From Gnetum montanum (lineage: Eukaryota; Plantae; Gnetophyta): a stretch of 64,000 nucleotides of DNA. Position numbers and translations under genes: made by a program. The notes beneath the pieces were generated by a model. That model made no database searches, was not told where the DNA came from, and saw only the letters and a program-made list of their open reading frames with translations. Positions 1-13,872 of this stretch are shown piece by piece. The stretch lies in NCBI GenBank assembly GCA_015680685.1, contig MNCI01002227.1:501223-565222 (forward strand), given 5' to 3'. The stretch's first letter is position 1. The number at the start of each line of letters is the position of its first letter.

Positions 1-1229
1 ACGGCAAATGCTTCAACTAGTTTTTTAACAGTAGTAGTAATCAGTCTTTCAATAGTGATGTTAGTGATGGCAGCATTAAGGCTAGTAGAAATGGCAATCT
101 ACAGGGTTTTTAGGGTTCACATCAAGATGACGAATTCGTAAATAATGGTGTGGTTAACAATGGTTTTGTTAATAATAGCTTTGTAAATGATAGAGGGAAA
201 AAATCAAATGAAAATTTAAACTTAAAGCGTCCAACCTCTACTAATTCACCATTGGCTAGGCCGCACATTCAAGCACTAAACCAAAATCCTCTACCACATC
301 CCAACACAACATAAACCCATCCCTATCCACCCCTTTCAACCACTCCCTTTCATTTTTTAGTGACATTGACCTCCACACCAGTTGTCTTTGGGCCATTACT
401 TTTGGTCTATACCCTAAGCAACCCTCCACCAAGTCTAACTTCTATGCTATTTGTGCCACTGCTCGTACACTCTACCCATCGAATTTTTCACTGCACATCC
501 AAAACTACTCACCATGATCGCGTTTAAACTTCTAGTTACTAGCCATCAACCAAACATTGTACACATGTTTGCTTTTCGCATGTAAAGTAGTTTGCAAAAT
601 TGAAAATCACATCTCTAATTTCGTAATCCATAACTTTTCATCATGCACTGTTTCAGCAAAAAAAAATTAAAGTTCTAGGGTTTAGACTTAAATTCATCGC
701 TTGGCCTCTTCCCACAGATTGAAACTCCAGTTTCAAAGAATTCACCGTGTTTGCTCAGCTTCTTCGTCTTTGGAATTTATTTAAAAATAAACATGAAAAT
801 ACATTTTCATCTTTATCTTTTATTGTGGCAGCTTAGATTACTAAAATGAAACTTGATTGATGTAACAACTGGAATCCTTTAATTAACAGTTTTAATCCCA
901 AGCTCGAAAATTACATTTGTAATTGCCTTGCTTCCCTTAAATATGCACTCTTGTGTATTGATTTTAGTAGCCAACTGCCTCTCCCTCATCATCTTCTTAG
1001 AGCACTCTAAAAACTTCAAAGAGACACGAGCATCGTCATTTGGCTTGTGGATAAAAATATTGGAGTTTGTGTTTTGGATTCCTCTTGGTATCTTCAAGAA
1101 GCAACCAGGCAATTTTCTGATTCAGATGTTTACTTGCATGTGGATTCTGTTCTGTGGGATGATCTTCATCGTTGATTTTTTTCTATCATCAATCATTACC
1201 CATAGGTTTTCAATAATTTTAAGGATTCA

Positions 1230-2436
1230 ATGTTTCAATACAATGCCTCCAAACCTTGTAATTTCTATTTAATCCCTAAAATTCACAAACCTGTAATGGT
1301 TGGCCACCTAATTTGCTCTTACATGGGTTATGTGCTTGAACCCACCTCTTGCCTTCCCCATTATTTTTTGTTTTATATCCTTTGTTCCTAACCATATCAC
1401 CTTCAAAATTCATCTACCTTGATCTGTGATCTTCACTCAACAGTTCTATCTCTTAACATACTTCTGTTTATATTTGATGTAGAATCTCATTACTCTAGCA
1501 TCCCCACCAATCATGGCATTTCTGCCCTTAAAGATATGGTCAAAACATATTTTTCTACAAACCCATTTCCCTTGTAGAATCTATATAGAAATGCCATTCT
1601 GGAGCTCATTTCATTAGTGCTTCAAGAGCACTACTTGGAATTTAATGGAGTTCAATATAAACATATGAGAGGCACTGCAATGGGTAGAAACTTCATTGTT
1701 GTCTACGCATGCTTTTTTCTATTTTATCTCGAAAGAAAAGTTTTCATGACTCCCAATTCCCAAAATATTTTGTATTTCAAAAGATTCATTAATGATGCTT
1801 TTAGCATTTGGAATGGCTCTAAAGATTCCTTTTCACTTTTTCTCTCCTGATATGGTAATGTTTATCCATCAATCAACATTACCCCCACCATTTCTAATTC
1901 TGTAGTGAATATTTTGGACGTTACTTTCTTTAAGGATCTTCATTTTGTTAACACTAGTATCCTTTCTACTAAGTGTTATCAAAAACCCTTGAATGCATAT
2001 CAGTACATCCTTTTCTCCTCATGGCATCATTTCCATCATAATAAAGCATTCATCATTGCAAAACTTAAATAATACCTTATCAGGGAATCATGTCTTGGTG
2101 ATCTTCAACAAGTTCGGCAACAACTCTTCTAACAACTTTGTGCTCGAGGGTATCCTTCTCGCCTGCTGGTTAAATGCTTCAACCTTGTTCTTGCTGCTTC
2201 ACGTGGATCACTTCTAGGTAGACTTTAACAAAGTAATGATGTTTATGTTAGGAAATGAACCTCTTTCATCTTCAAATTGGAACCCTATACTTGATTAGCT
2301 TCGCTAAAAAGATTCGACTCTCTAAAATGTCATTCTAGATATGGTTTCTTGCTGGCAAAATCATAGAAAGTTGCGTTCGCTCCTTGTTAGAAATAGATTC
2401 AAGTGGTTCATCCCACCCCCACTTCGGCTTGAATGA
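1230..2436 (+). pseudogene. Penelope-like element (PLE) reverse transcriptase, degraded, apparently without a GIY-YIG endonuclease
   Basis: Hand translation gives PLE RT motifs in order: FYLIPKIHK (~1263), FDVESHYSSIP (~1473), GTAMG..YA (1671), YFKRFINDAFSIW (~1772), VNILDVTF, thumb region YQKPLNAYQY..SWHH, and RKLRSLLVRNRF (~2365-2400), followed by a stop. Contains frameshifts and stops. Confidence 0.85.
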
Positions 2437-2542
2437 GTGGGGCCCAATTAAATTTTTTTTTGCCTCCAAATTTTAGATTTAACTAAGTTGGGACATTATA
2501 AATCAGGCACTTGTGCTCTTGATAGTGCACATCTTAGCTTGA

Positions 2543-2587
2543 GGCATACTGACAAGGGGTGAGAGTCCTTGAAAACATTTTATGTTT
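2543..2587 (+). ncRNA. Decayed minimal (type I) hammerhead ribozyme motif of the PLE
   Basis: GGCATA-CTGACAA-GGGGT-GAGA-GTCCT-TGAAA-ACATTT-TATGTT reads as stem I, CUGAnGA core, stem II with GAGA loop, GAAA core, then stem I'. Core deviations look like CpG-decay transitions. PLEs are known to carry such ribozymes. Confidence 0.6.
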
Positions 2588-2696
2588 TAGCTTTGCTTTG
2601 TTAATGTCAATTTGAGCTTTTTCTTCATTTTATTTTTTAACTTTTTTCTCCTTTGCTTTCCTATTCTGTCTTTTCGTTAGCCACACAAGATCTCAA

Positions 2697-2900
2697 CAAA
2701 ATTTTTTCTAACCTCAAAATTTTTTGTAATCCAAAAAAAATTTTTACTTCCAAAATTTTATCTAATTGCAAAAATGTTTTATAACCTGAAAATTTTTTCT
2801 AACCCCAAAATTTTTTTTTCTAATCCCAAAATTTTTTCTAATTGCAGAAATTTTTTCTAACTCCAAAAATGTTTTCTAACCTTAAAATCTTTTATAACCT
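2697..2900. repeat. Degenerate ~19-20 bp tandem repeat (CAAAATTTTTTCTAACCC-like), about 10 units
   Basis: Recurrent AAAATTTTTTCTAA(C/T)C units are directly visible. Confidence 0.8.
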
Positions 2901-3495
2901 TGAGCACTTGTGACTTTTGGCATGTTTTGTAAGACTTTTGTTGAATTGGTAACTACTTGAGCATTTGAAACTCTTAGCATAGCACCATTGTAGCATCAAA
3001 AAATGTCAAGCAACAACATTACCCCCTTATCATCAACACTACCCATACCTTATCCCCCCTATGATTAACATTGCAGATCTAAGCTTAAAACCCCTAAAAC
3101 ATTTTGGTGATTGAAGTTGGAAGGACTTGGAGCTTCAACAGGCTTTAAGCTTCATCTAAGGAACTCCTTATGCATTCAACCACAAAATTTTTACACATTT
3201 GAACTCTACTCCTATGGAAATTTTATTATTTTTACTAAAGCTTATAGTTCATTTGTGTTTCAAGTATATTTCACAATCAATTTCGATGCTTTATTTTGCA
3301 TTGGATTTACATTTTTGATATTCTAAATCATCTAACCTTGTTTACACTTTGGAAGTCCTTGGGTGATCGACAAGTTTGTGTAAAGTCCCTTGGATCCTAT
3401 TTCTTGGAGACCCTTGGGATTTAGGATTAAAACTATTCATGTCTAGAATTTTTGAATTTTTTATAGCAATTGAGTTTTCTAGGCACCACAATTTT

Positions 3496-3512
3496 TGGCA
3501 TTAAAAGGAGGG
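3496..3512 (+). promoter_or_regulatory. Primer binding site (tRNA-Asn type, decayed) of copy A
   Basis: TGGCATTAAAAGGAGGG versus TGGCGCTAGAAGGAGGG, 5 nt after a ...ACA end at 3490. Confidence 0.7.
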
Positions 3513-4189
3513 CCTTCGACCAAATTCTTTGCCCAATCTTGTTCAATGTCCCTTTTGCAAATAATTATTACAAGATAAAAACATTTAAATCTATACTAAA
3601 ACCTTTTAAATGTTGTTTACAAAAATCAATGCTAATACCCATTTTTCTATAACTAATACCCCATGTATCAGTTGTAGGTAATTTGGATTTTCACAAAATT
3701 TTCATAGAAGTTACTGGACTTTCTAAAGCTAGCATGATTGTCACAAAACCTACCATTCTTCCTAGTTGAAACCTACCTTTGTGTGTTTCAAAGGCTAGTG
3801 TTACTTAGCTCCAATCATCCAAATCCCTCTACTATATAATTTTGTGGCCAAAGCCAGCATTGTTCCCTCCAAAACCTTAGCATAGTATTGGGAAAATCAA
3901 CATTTTTGCATTTATCTTTTTAAAAACTTGTGGACTTTTTTTAGGAGGGGGTATCCTCAATGTTTCTTTGTTGGGAAAGATAATTTATTACTTACTCCCT
4001 AGTGCAGCTCTTATTAGCAAAGGTAGCATTGTTGGTTTTTTCTAATATCACCACCTATGGTTGCAGTTGCAACTAGTGTTCAGCCCTACCCCTCTACACC
4101 TTGGATAATTCTACTTGCTGGAATTTTTTTTCATTTAATTAATGAAAAAACATTCCTTTTAAACCAAAATCAAAACTATTGATGATGTG

Positions 4190-7100
4190 TTTCAGCTAGT
4201 CCATGGTTTTACCCATAGACTTGGCAAATATGGCATCAAGACAAAATGCAATGAGGATGTATGACCCAAAAGACCTTACTATGGCTAAGTATAGGTAATC
4301 ACTTAGGCTAAGGGAGAAAAGCCTATATTTTTCCATTGTTGATGAAAGTTACTATAATTTCATTTATGCCAAGATCCAGGCAAGGCTACTCATTCCACAT
4401 GTAGAGGTAGAATTCAAATGTGAATATGAACTCATTCACCACAATGGGAAAGAATACATTTCTTTCCCATATGACAAAATACCCTTAACTGACACTCCTA
4501 CCTACATTCTATCTCATTTAATTAATATGGATAATCAAGATAGGGAGCCAAGCTCAAAAGGCCCACATGAAGAATAGGATGAGTTTGAGGTAGAGCCTGA
4601 ATCATAAAACTTCTTAGGGAGCCTCTTCCAACACTCTGCTTCCCAAGGCACTTCACCCACCTCAGCTTCTTCTACATCCTCCATAGGGCAAGTCCTCCAA
4701 CCTACTTCTTCTATCTACCCCACCATGTTTGAGTTGGCACCTATCATAGTAGTATACTAGGCATAATCAATGTCCCAAATAATGCCCCTTTTCTCCTCTA
4801 TACCTTTGATCACGTAGCTTTGATTTGCACAACCATCACCTATCACCATAACCACTGCTCATTCATTCTCTATGCTAGTGGGTCTCACAATGGAAACTCA
4901 AGTGACCCAAGGATCACATACACCTTTTATCCCCTTTGTGCCACAAGTGCCGGCATAGACCTCCTTTTCATTGTTTAGCTCACTTGCAACAATGATTACC
5001 CAACCTCTCCTCTCCATGCCACAACCCATCACAAGGCCATAGGCCTCTTAACTCATGTCACAACCCTACATGCAAACCCCACAACACACAAGGATGTCCC
5101 AAGGCTTATATCAAGCCTTCCAAATGATCTAGGACCTTACAGAAGAGTTACGAAAACTTAGAGCTTCAACAACTCAAATAGTTAAGATCATGAACTTCTA
5201 TCAAAATGATCCTATTAGTCCTACTATCTCCCAAATAACTCTTTCCCTAGGCATCCCTATACCCCAATTTACTAAATATAATAGTGAGAATGATTCCAAC
5301 ACTCACCTCATAACCTTTCATTCCAAGTGCCTATTTTTACATACATGGTTGTACACCATAATGTACATCTTCCCTATGTCCCTTATTGGAAATGCCTTAG
5401 ATTGGTATCATGCATTACCTTGAGTATCAATATTCTCACTTGAGGACTTAATATCATAGTTTGTTAACCATTTCAAGTATAACTTGAAACTTGACTTAAC
5501 TCTTGACCAACTGATAAAGGTCAAGCAAGGATCCCTTGAACTCATGCAAAAGCTCATATAATGATGGAATGCTCTTCTTAATAAGATTCCTGAACCTATA
5601 GCCAAAACACATCTTCTTGCTATATTCAAGGGTGTAGTTAATGACTTCATTAAGTTCAAGCTTTACTACCTAGACTTGCGAACACTTAGTCAAGCCTTCT
5701 CCCAAACCAAGAACATAGAGGATGCTACTAAGGCTAGCCATGACCTCACCTAAGTGGTGTATAAGAACCAGCACACACGGAAGGATAAGAAGAAGGGGAG
5801 ATTGAACCATGTAGCCATGGCCATTGTGGCCAAAGACAACACGACCACACAAGGAGCTAAAATAAACCAACATAAGGCCCCTACAACCAACAACCAACCG
5901 TCAACATCTAGGGCCTCTACATTAGGCAACATGAGGACTAATTTCAAAAGAAAATATTCATTAAAGTACACTAGGTTACCACTAAAACCATTTGAACTCC
6001 TTGATCATTTGTTGAAGGGTGGGAGGATCCAATATAAAAAGATGATGGAGAATGCCCACAAGAGGCATGATTGACTATGCAAGATCACAAAGAATCATCC
6101 TTTAGCAACCAAGGATGATCCACCAGTGCCTATGTACTTTAAACTTGATTGATTCTATCACTATCATAAACTATTAGGTCATGATACCAACTTTTTCCTA
6201 GCCCTTAAAGATGACTTGAAAATGATGATAGAGAATGGTGAGTTGGTCATTAATGCATTTCACTTAGTTAGATCACAAAAATAGTCCATGAAGCTCTACA
6301 AAGATCTATTTAATTCCACCAACAACACTTACACCATAGCAACATTCAATGTGAACAACAACCTTAGACCTGCATGAGAGTCATTTGTAATTTGGGTACC
6401 TCCTACAATGACAATGGTCCTTCAACTATTTCTAGTTTAAGGACCCCTTTTATGGTAAGAATACCATTTCTAACACCTCCTAAGAAACCTTTTGTGATTA
6501 AAGTATCCCCTTCCACCATGACTAAATTAACAACTATGGTTGAAAAACATCTTCCCATGGTGGTTAATACCATGAATTCTTTGCAACTCAACAATAAAAA
6601 ATCATCGAGTAAACAATCAAGAAGTCTACACTGAAGCCCAAAACCAAAGACAATAAGTAGGCTAAGGCATGGAAGGATGTGGGTCCACTGAAGCTCATCC
6701 CTATCTCATCCATCCCCATGAGCTCCAATGCTCAAGCAACTTCAACCAATCAACCAAGGGAGGACTCCAAGCCACAAGGGAAGGGGAAAGAAGCTAAGAC
6801 ACAATCGTTAAAACATGAAGTTTGCATCATGGGGGTGCATGGAGGAAGTCTAAACCAATAAGAATGAAAAACCAATAGCCAACGATAAAGACTTCCTCAA
6901 CGTAATGAAATAGGTTAAGCAATCTTTGAAACAAAAGAACATATTACTTAGCCTATATGATCTGGTAATGACCTCTATTTCTCATCACGAGGCACTAGTG
7001 AAAATGTTGACTTTCATTCCTATTAGTGAGAACATCCTTGCTAGTAAAAATTTCATCCACACAGTGATGGTGCCACCTTCACGAAGGGAACAAATGAAGT

Positions 7101-7810
7101 CAATGGAACTGGTGTTCCATGAGAGTGAGGTTAAGAACAACCCCTAGGATGATGAGATAATAAAGGCTTCACTCTTGATAATGATAAGAGTGGGGCATTA
7201 CAAGATACATAGAGTGCACGTGGACAATGGGGCAACCACCAATGTTATACCTTACAATATTTTGAAATGTTTAGACCTAACAGAACACATGAAACATACC
7301 TCAACTTCTTCTCTTAAATCCTTTAATAGATCTCTAGTTGTAGTTAAAGGCTTAATTACCTTGGACTTTGTAGAGGGAAAATAATTTCCCAAAATAGCCA
7401 ATTTCTTGGTGGTTGAAGAGACACTAGGATTTGATCTCATCCTATGGAGGCCTTGTCTAGCTTAATTACAAGCTATTTCCTCATCCATCCACCAAAAATT
7501 TCATCTGCCTTACAAGGAAGGTGAAATAATTATCTACGGTGACAATGCAATTCCCTTGGTGGTTGACAACATTGACATATAACAAGGGTCTGAAGTGGAG
7601 TTTTAAGAAGAAGCTCCTAGGTTCAATGATGAAGTCCAAAGGCTCGATAGTGTGGAAGAGGCCCAAAGAGACAACAATGGAACCATGGACATGCCATGGG
7701 AAGAGCTCCCCTTCAACATGGTTAGCAAAGAAAACATGGAATGCAAGCTCATGAAACATAGACCCTACACCTTTCCTAATCTTTTGAAGATTAGGAAACA
7801 CTTGTATGGT
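4190..7810 (+). pseudogene. gag-protease of copy A
   Basis: Capsid-like FTKYNSENDSNTHL...FPMSLIGNALDWYHALP (5190-5423), LSLYDLV motif, aspartic protease VHVDNGATTNVI (7175-7384), C-terminal MPWEELPFNMV. Many stops. Confidence 0.85.
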
Positions 7811-8054
7811 TTAACGTATGTTTCTTATTTGCCTACCCTATGCCCATAATCATGTAACATCCTTTTTATTTTCTTTATCTAATTTCACTTTTATTTATAT
7901 TTTTTAGCCTTATTTAGCATGTAACCTATAGTCTAGTTTTATTTACCATTTACACTTTTATGCCTTTTCTATTTCAAAATGTAACACAAAAAAATACCAT
8001 AAAAATTTTTAAAAATTTTAAAAACATGAAAATTACAAAAAATTTTCTTTTAAC

Positions 8055-8210
8055 ACATGGCCCTACTAAGGCCTAAAACTAGAAAAATGAAAGGCTTGCT
8101 AAGGCCTAAAATTGGCAACATGCATGGCCTACCATGGCCTAAAATGAGCAAAACGATGGCCTACCAAGGCCTTAAACTGGTGGCCCACCATGGCCCAAAA
8201 CTGGCAACAC
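8055..8210 (+). repeat. ~30 bp tandem repeats (CATGGCCTACCAAGGCCTTAAACT-like) after gag-PR of copy A
   Basis: Directly visible. A similar array occurs in copy B at ~49510-49610. Confidence 0.75.
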
Positions 8211-8644
8211 TTTCACAACCTATTTATAGTCATTACTCCTTAGTCCACTCTTTTGTTGGCCTAGTTAATTTACATTTACTTTACCAAATTTTACCTTATA
8301 ATCACATGATTCAATCAATGTAGCCTAACGTAGCCTCATAAGATGAGCAAGACATGTTATGCATAGAATGCATAAAATCAAAAGTGGTAGAACATATATA
8401 CAAAGCTAAATTTTTAAATAATAATGATCAAAATGTCCATAACTTAGAGTCATAGGCACATGGTGTGACAAAAATCCAATCAACAATGACATAAAAAATA
8501 ATTAGGAGTTCAGCAACAATAGCTACACTATATAGCAATAACATAAAAAATAATAATCATCTCACAACAATGGCTAAGACTAGCCACAACACCATGACAT
8601 CATCAACAATAGAAATTAACTTAAGACATGACCAAAATAGATGA

Positions 8645-11600
8645 AACTAGGGTACAACTAGAGGTGTAGGAGGACCATCTCCAACATCATCACCACTGGG
8701 ATTATTATTATTGTGTGGTACTTGTACCAATCATAACCACAAAGGTCTTATCATGAATCAACATAATTAAAGCACAAACAAAAGAAAACTAAATTATATA
8801 TAATTAATTAAATACAAATGAATCTCAGAAGACTCCAAAGTAGTGTCTTTTATGGGGAAGCTTCGAAGATCGACCTCTAGACGATGGAGGATTTGGTCTT
8901 TGGTCATGTATGCCTAAACCACTTCTCCAAGATTGGTCAGGATGTTGTTCTCATCAACATCAGTCCATGTAGATGGCTTCCTTGAAAATGTAGTAGTAGA
9001 CACCTCCCCAGAATCCATAGTAACTTGAGGAGTTGTGAAATCAGCTACCACTAGAGAGCCTTCAAACAACTTAAAGACGTCTCTAGTGTCGATTCCTCTC
9101 ACAAATAGCTCTAGCTTCCTTCTCTTTATTAACTCCTCTTGTAGCCACTTAAGGTAGCTTTCCTATTTAGTATTATATTTTTTCTTATGGTCCTTTTGTG
9201 CCTGGCCCCACTCAAGGACCTAAGCACAATAGTCCTTCCACTCCCAAGCCTTACAGGCCAATAGGTCCATCTAAAGCTTTGGCTTCACAAGGTCCCTGGT
9301 TAGAGCAACCTTGCCATTGATGGTGTTTCAATACCACATCCATTTGATCTCTTTGGCTCATAAGAATCCCTTGTTAGCCACTTTGACTTCCATAAAATCC
9401 TTACAATCTTTGAGATCTCTAATCTCTTTAGCCTATTTCCTGTTTTCCCTTTCCAATGCTACAACTTGTTCCCATAGGAACTCATTGGAATGTTGGCATT
9501 CCCATGAGGTTCTAGAACATGAAAGTGCACATTCAATGAAACTCTTATATAAACTTTGTGAAACATTCTTCACTTCAAGTGATAGGTTGGACAATTCATT
9601 GAGCTCAATGGCATGGTTGGAATCCCATCCAACCTTTGACACTGCAATCAACACAACTAAAGATAAACACATAAAACCATGTAAACAACAAATAACAAAC
9701 TGACTAGAAAAATACTTGAAACTATTAAGACCACACAACCAACATAAAATAGAAATACATAAAATAAAATAGTTAAAGGCAAAATGAATCAAGGTTCTTA
9801 CCAACATTGGGAGTAATTTGTTACAATCGATTAATCATGTCTTTGACCATCCCTCGCATGAACTCCATTTTATTTGGAACCTCCACTCATGGTTTCATGC
9901 AATATGTGGAGGTTGAAGTGTCGGGTTGAGGTTTAGTGGCTACAACAAGCATGCAAATCAACTAACTATTAAGGCCAACTCCCAGCATAAGACTATGAAA
10001 TGCAACACATAAAACAAAAAATCATAAGTACCTAGAGCATTATTCAAGATGATGATAGGATGTTCACCTATTTGCGATTTACCAAATATGAGGTCAAAGG
10101 CATCCAAGGTAGCATTAGATAGCCCCTCATCCTCATGCCATTGTAGCAACTTGTCCTCTAGGTGTTTTTGTTCTACCTCCACTATTATTGCTTGGGTTGC
10201 TAGTTCTTGTTGTTTACCTACAAGAATAATGAAGATAAAACATATAACCACTTAGCATATTTTTCCTAAAACCAAAAAAATAACATAGCCATATAACATA
10301 AAACATAAATACCAAATAATTCAAATGACATAACATAAATAAAATATACTTGTAACCAAGTTTAATAACAAGTCTCCTCTTCATAGGTTGCTCAACAACT
10401 GGTGTTGTCTCCTCAATAATAGGCCTCTTTAACTTTGCCTTAGCTATGCTATCAACTTCAACACATAACTCAACCTTTTGAATGGTTCCATGGGAAACTT
10501 GGGGTTCTATCCCCATGCTGTTAGGGGAAGGACAATGCATACTACTAAAGTACTTAGTGGTGATAGATAGTGATTCCCTGACATCCTCTTGTGGGTTATG
10601 AGCCTGCATGGTTGGAAAAATATGTTTCAGCTAAGGCTTAGAAAGTTGGAATGGGTTTTGGCTTACCCATCATCCATCCTTCTACACCATTAGGAACTCT
10701 GTGAACCTCTTGAGATATGTTGTAAAAAATGCATAGTGCATGTGCCATATCATTTTGTGGTTCTCCTAGAGTTTTAGGATCTTCCCCCATAGCCTAGAAA
10801 TCAAATGAGCAACCTAATTGAATTGAGCACCCTCAATCAGGATCTTTTTCATGGTCCATGCCTACTCAATGCCTAGAACATTCTTTTGTGACAATATCTC
10901 TGGAAAAGCCTAGGACAAAAATAATGGATACATCTCATTTGCCTCCAAGACCTAGCAGTCATTTTGAGTCAATCTAGAGTGGTCACAATGAGTGTTTAGC
11001 CATTCTTCCACCTCCTCTCAATGGACCACCTCTTTCCCTAGCTTAGTGACAATCTTCAACCCCTCGCAAGGGATGCTAAAGAGGTTACTAAAGGTAGATT
11101 CATTGATGGCTAATGTGATAGGCACACCATGAACCTATGTGATGAATTTATTCACTTCCTTGTTAAAGGAATCAATGATATTCACCATCTCAAGCACAGG
11201 GATGACTAGGATAGAAGCCATGAACAAGTTAAGAAAACCTACATTGGCGATTCTTGCATGAATCCTCCTAGGTACTTGGCTAGCTAGCTAGTGCTATGCT
11301 GCATCCACTTCACCAAAATTGAGGATGAGTGTCTCCTCAACACATACTTAAGTAATCATGATGATGGAAAATGATGATGTAGCCCCTACAACACAACAAA
11401 AGCAACCTATTAGCTTTGAAGTAGGCACATTATACAACATCAAAAAAAATGTGTGTGTGTGTGTGTTAAAAACCTAATAAGTTAAAAATGTGTGTGTGTT
11501 TGTGTAACAAACCTAACAAGTTAAAAATGATACTTGTAGCCACACCGATAAAATCGATAAAAAAATTGAAGCCTAGACAACCTAAAAACCATATAACTAG

Positions 11601-13872
11601 AAAAATTTGACATTATAACTAAAAATATAATTAAGAAATCATAAAAAACTCTTGCGTTTCCTCTTGGAAGAAGGCAATGTGGGGACCCTAAGGGGTATAC
11701 ATGTCTATGCACCAAAATCAAAGATACGCCACCAGCTATGAGCCATCCCATTGGCTAAACACTTGTGGTAGGCCTGGGAATAATAGGAGGTATAACTATC
11801 AAAGTCATCTTTGAATTGATCCATCACTACAATCCTCATTACTTGGCTCTTGGCAAAAACCTCCAATGCTGTTTGGGCCAAGGGTAGGAGCTAGGTCACT
11901 CTTGATCAATCCATGGTCATCTAGTCAATACCGAGAAGCATTCAAACTCAAACAAAAATTGTTAAACTAAAGTGACCTAATGAAACCAACAATGAGACAA
12001 GTAAAACAAAAACTTAAAATTACACTTACCCTTCTACATGGTAGATAGTACTAGGAGGGTTCTGAAATAATGTGTTCACATGATGACCAACCAGTAACAT
12101 GCTATTGACATTATACTAGATGAATTTAGCCATATCCCAAATTTTGGACAACTTACATGTTCCTCTAGTGTATATGCTATTGAATTTCTCACTCTCAACA
12201 TGTGTCTTAGGATTGTCAATTATGAACTTGACGATCAAGTTGGCAGAGTGGGGTAGTAAGGTTTCCATGATAACAGTTGCCATATGGGTGTAACCATACT
12301 ATCACACTAAAATTCTATAACAAGAAGGAGAAAAACTCTTTTTTCCTTGGCTTGAACCACAAGGAGCCATGTTCTAATACCATGTTGATAGCCAAGGTGT
12401 TGGGCTTTGGTGTGTGGATGCAACATAAGAGGTCGACCAGCTCGATCACCACCAGGAGTAGTTTCAAGAAGGCCCTACATAACCCAACAATGACCATTAT
12501 GACATCATATTACCATAAGTAAAATTTAACCATTAACTAACCAAAAAAATTATTATTATAGCCATAGTATCAAAGTTTACACATCAAACCAAATAACAAA
12601 GTACATAACTTACAACCATTAAAACCCAAAACAAGACTTAGCAAAAATTAAGGAAAAAGCCAAACAACCCATGAACATTAATGGCAACATTTGGTGGAAA
12701 AAATGCAAAAAAATTGAAAATATTTTGTGTAAAAAAGTAAGTGAAACCATGAGAATTAGCTTGTGCTAATATTTGGTCTACAACAATAGTTACAACTTGA
12801 AGTTAAAAAAATTTTGACTAGAAATCCTAGTTTATGGTGAAATTACTTGTACTTCTAAGAAGGCTAGTTAAAAATTTTAGAAAATTCTAATGACTACTGG
12901 AAGCTAAAGTAAAACCTATAAATAACACTAGGAACCTTTAAACATCATCACAAAATTATCAGAAATATTCCAACACTACCCATACAACTTGGGGATTTTG
13001 CAATTTCAACTTCCAAAATTGCAATTATATAGGGTAGTTAAACACCAACAAAAAATGATAAATTTGCACTAAATTTTTTTTCTAAACCCTAAATACTATG
13101 CATAAAAAAATTTCAATTTGACATAAACATTATAATATCAAACTTGGAAAAAATTCAAAAAACCAACTTAGAAACACTTTGAAATTTCATGAAAAACCCA
13201 AACTATAGAAAAAACTACAATAAATCACTTAGAAAAAATATTAAAAAAAATTTTAAAATGCCAAAAATTAATGCTAAACCCCCCTACATACCCTTATACA
13301 TCCCTAAGAAGCTAGGAGGTTGAGAAAAAAATTTCTTACAGTGTCAACGCTACCCAGTTTCAAGGGGGTAAAACAGTAAAAAACCAAAAACTCACTGTGC
13401 ATTGACTTATGGAAAAATTCATAAAAAATCAACCATAAGTCAGAATTCAATGATTCTATAGCTAGTTTGACTAGAAGATAGCAAACCAAAAATCCCATGT
13501 CATTTTTTGATAAAAAATGGAAAATTGGCATTGCTTTTTCAAAGAAAATAACAAAAACACATAAAACAAGCAAAATAAGATTTATAATTCAACATTAATG
13601 GCCTCTAAATCTAAAAAAATATAGCAAAAACATAACCATGTCCTAAATAAAATATAGGAATTTTACAAAAAAAAATTTCATGCAACATACAAGCTAAGAA
13701 AAGTTAAAATGGCTAGGTTCTAGGCCAAAAACTACAAAAAATAGCTAAGAATTGTGCACCTAGGAGTCATGGTGGAGGATCTGTTCTTCTATAGTATAGG
13801 TCATGGTAGCTGAGAACGCCCTTTGGAAATAGCATCTACCTCCTCTAGTGCTTGATTTTTGCTAATGGCCAT
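8645..13872 (-). pseudogene. Antisense multi-exon accessory gene of copy A (degraded)
   Basis: Exon 1 at 13872-13760 (113 nt, phase 2; EEVDAI..LP*P resembles EESEAI..LPRP in C). Exon 2 starts at 12474 (LLLVVIELVDLL..HGSLWFKPRKKEFFSFL) with a GTAAGT donor at ~12029. Coiled-coil region at 9.1-9.65 kb. DSGEVS..WTDVDENNIL resembles ASGEIS..WASVSEEEIL in C. Confidence 0.8.

Noticed and set aside
780-1200. ORFs 879-1112 and 928-1272 upstream of the PLE RT
   Set aside because: No recognisable motif. It may be an insertion, but no termini or TSD could be supported.
11449-11505. (TG)n runs and a short duplication
   Set aside because: Ordinary microsatellite within an intron of the copy A antisense gene.
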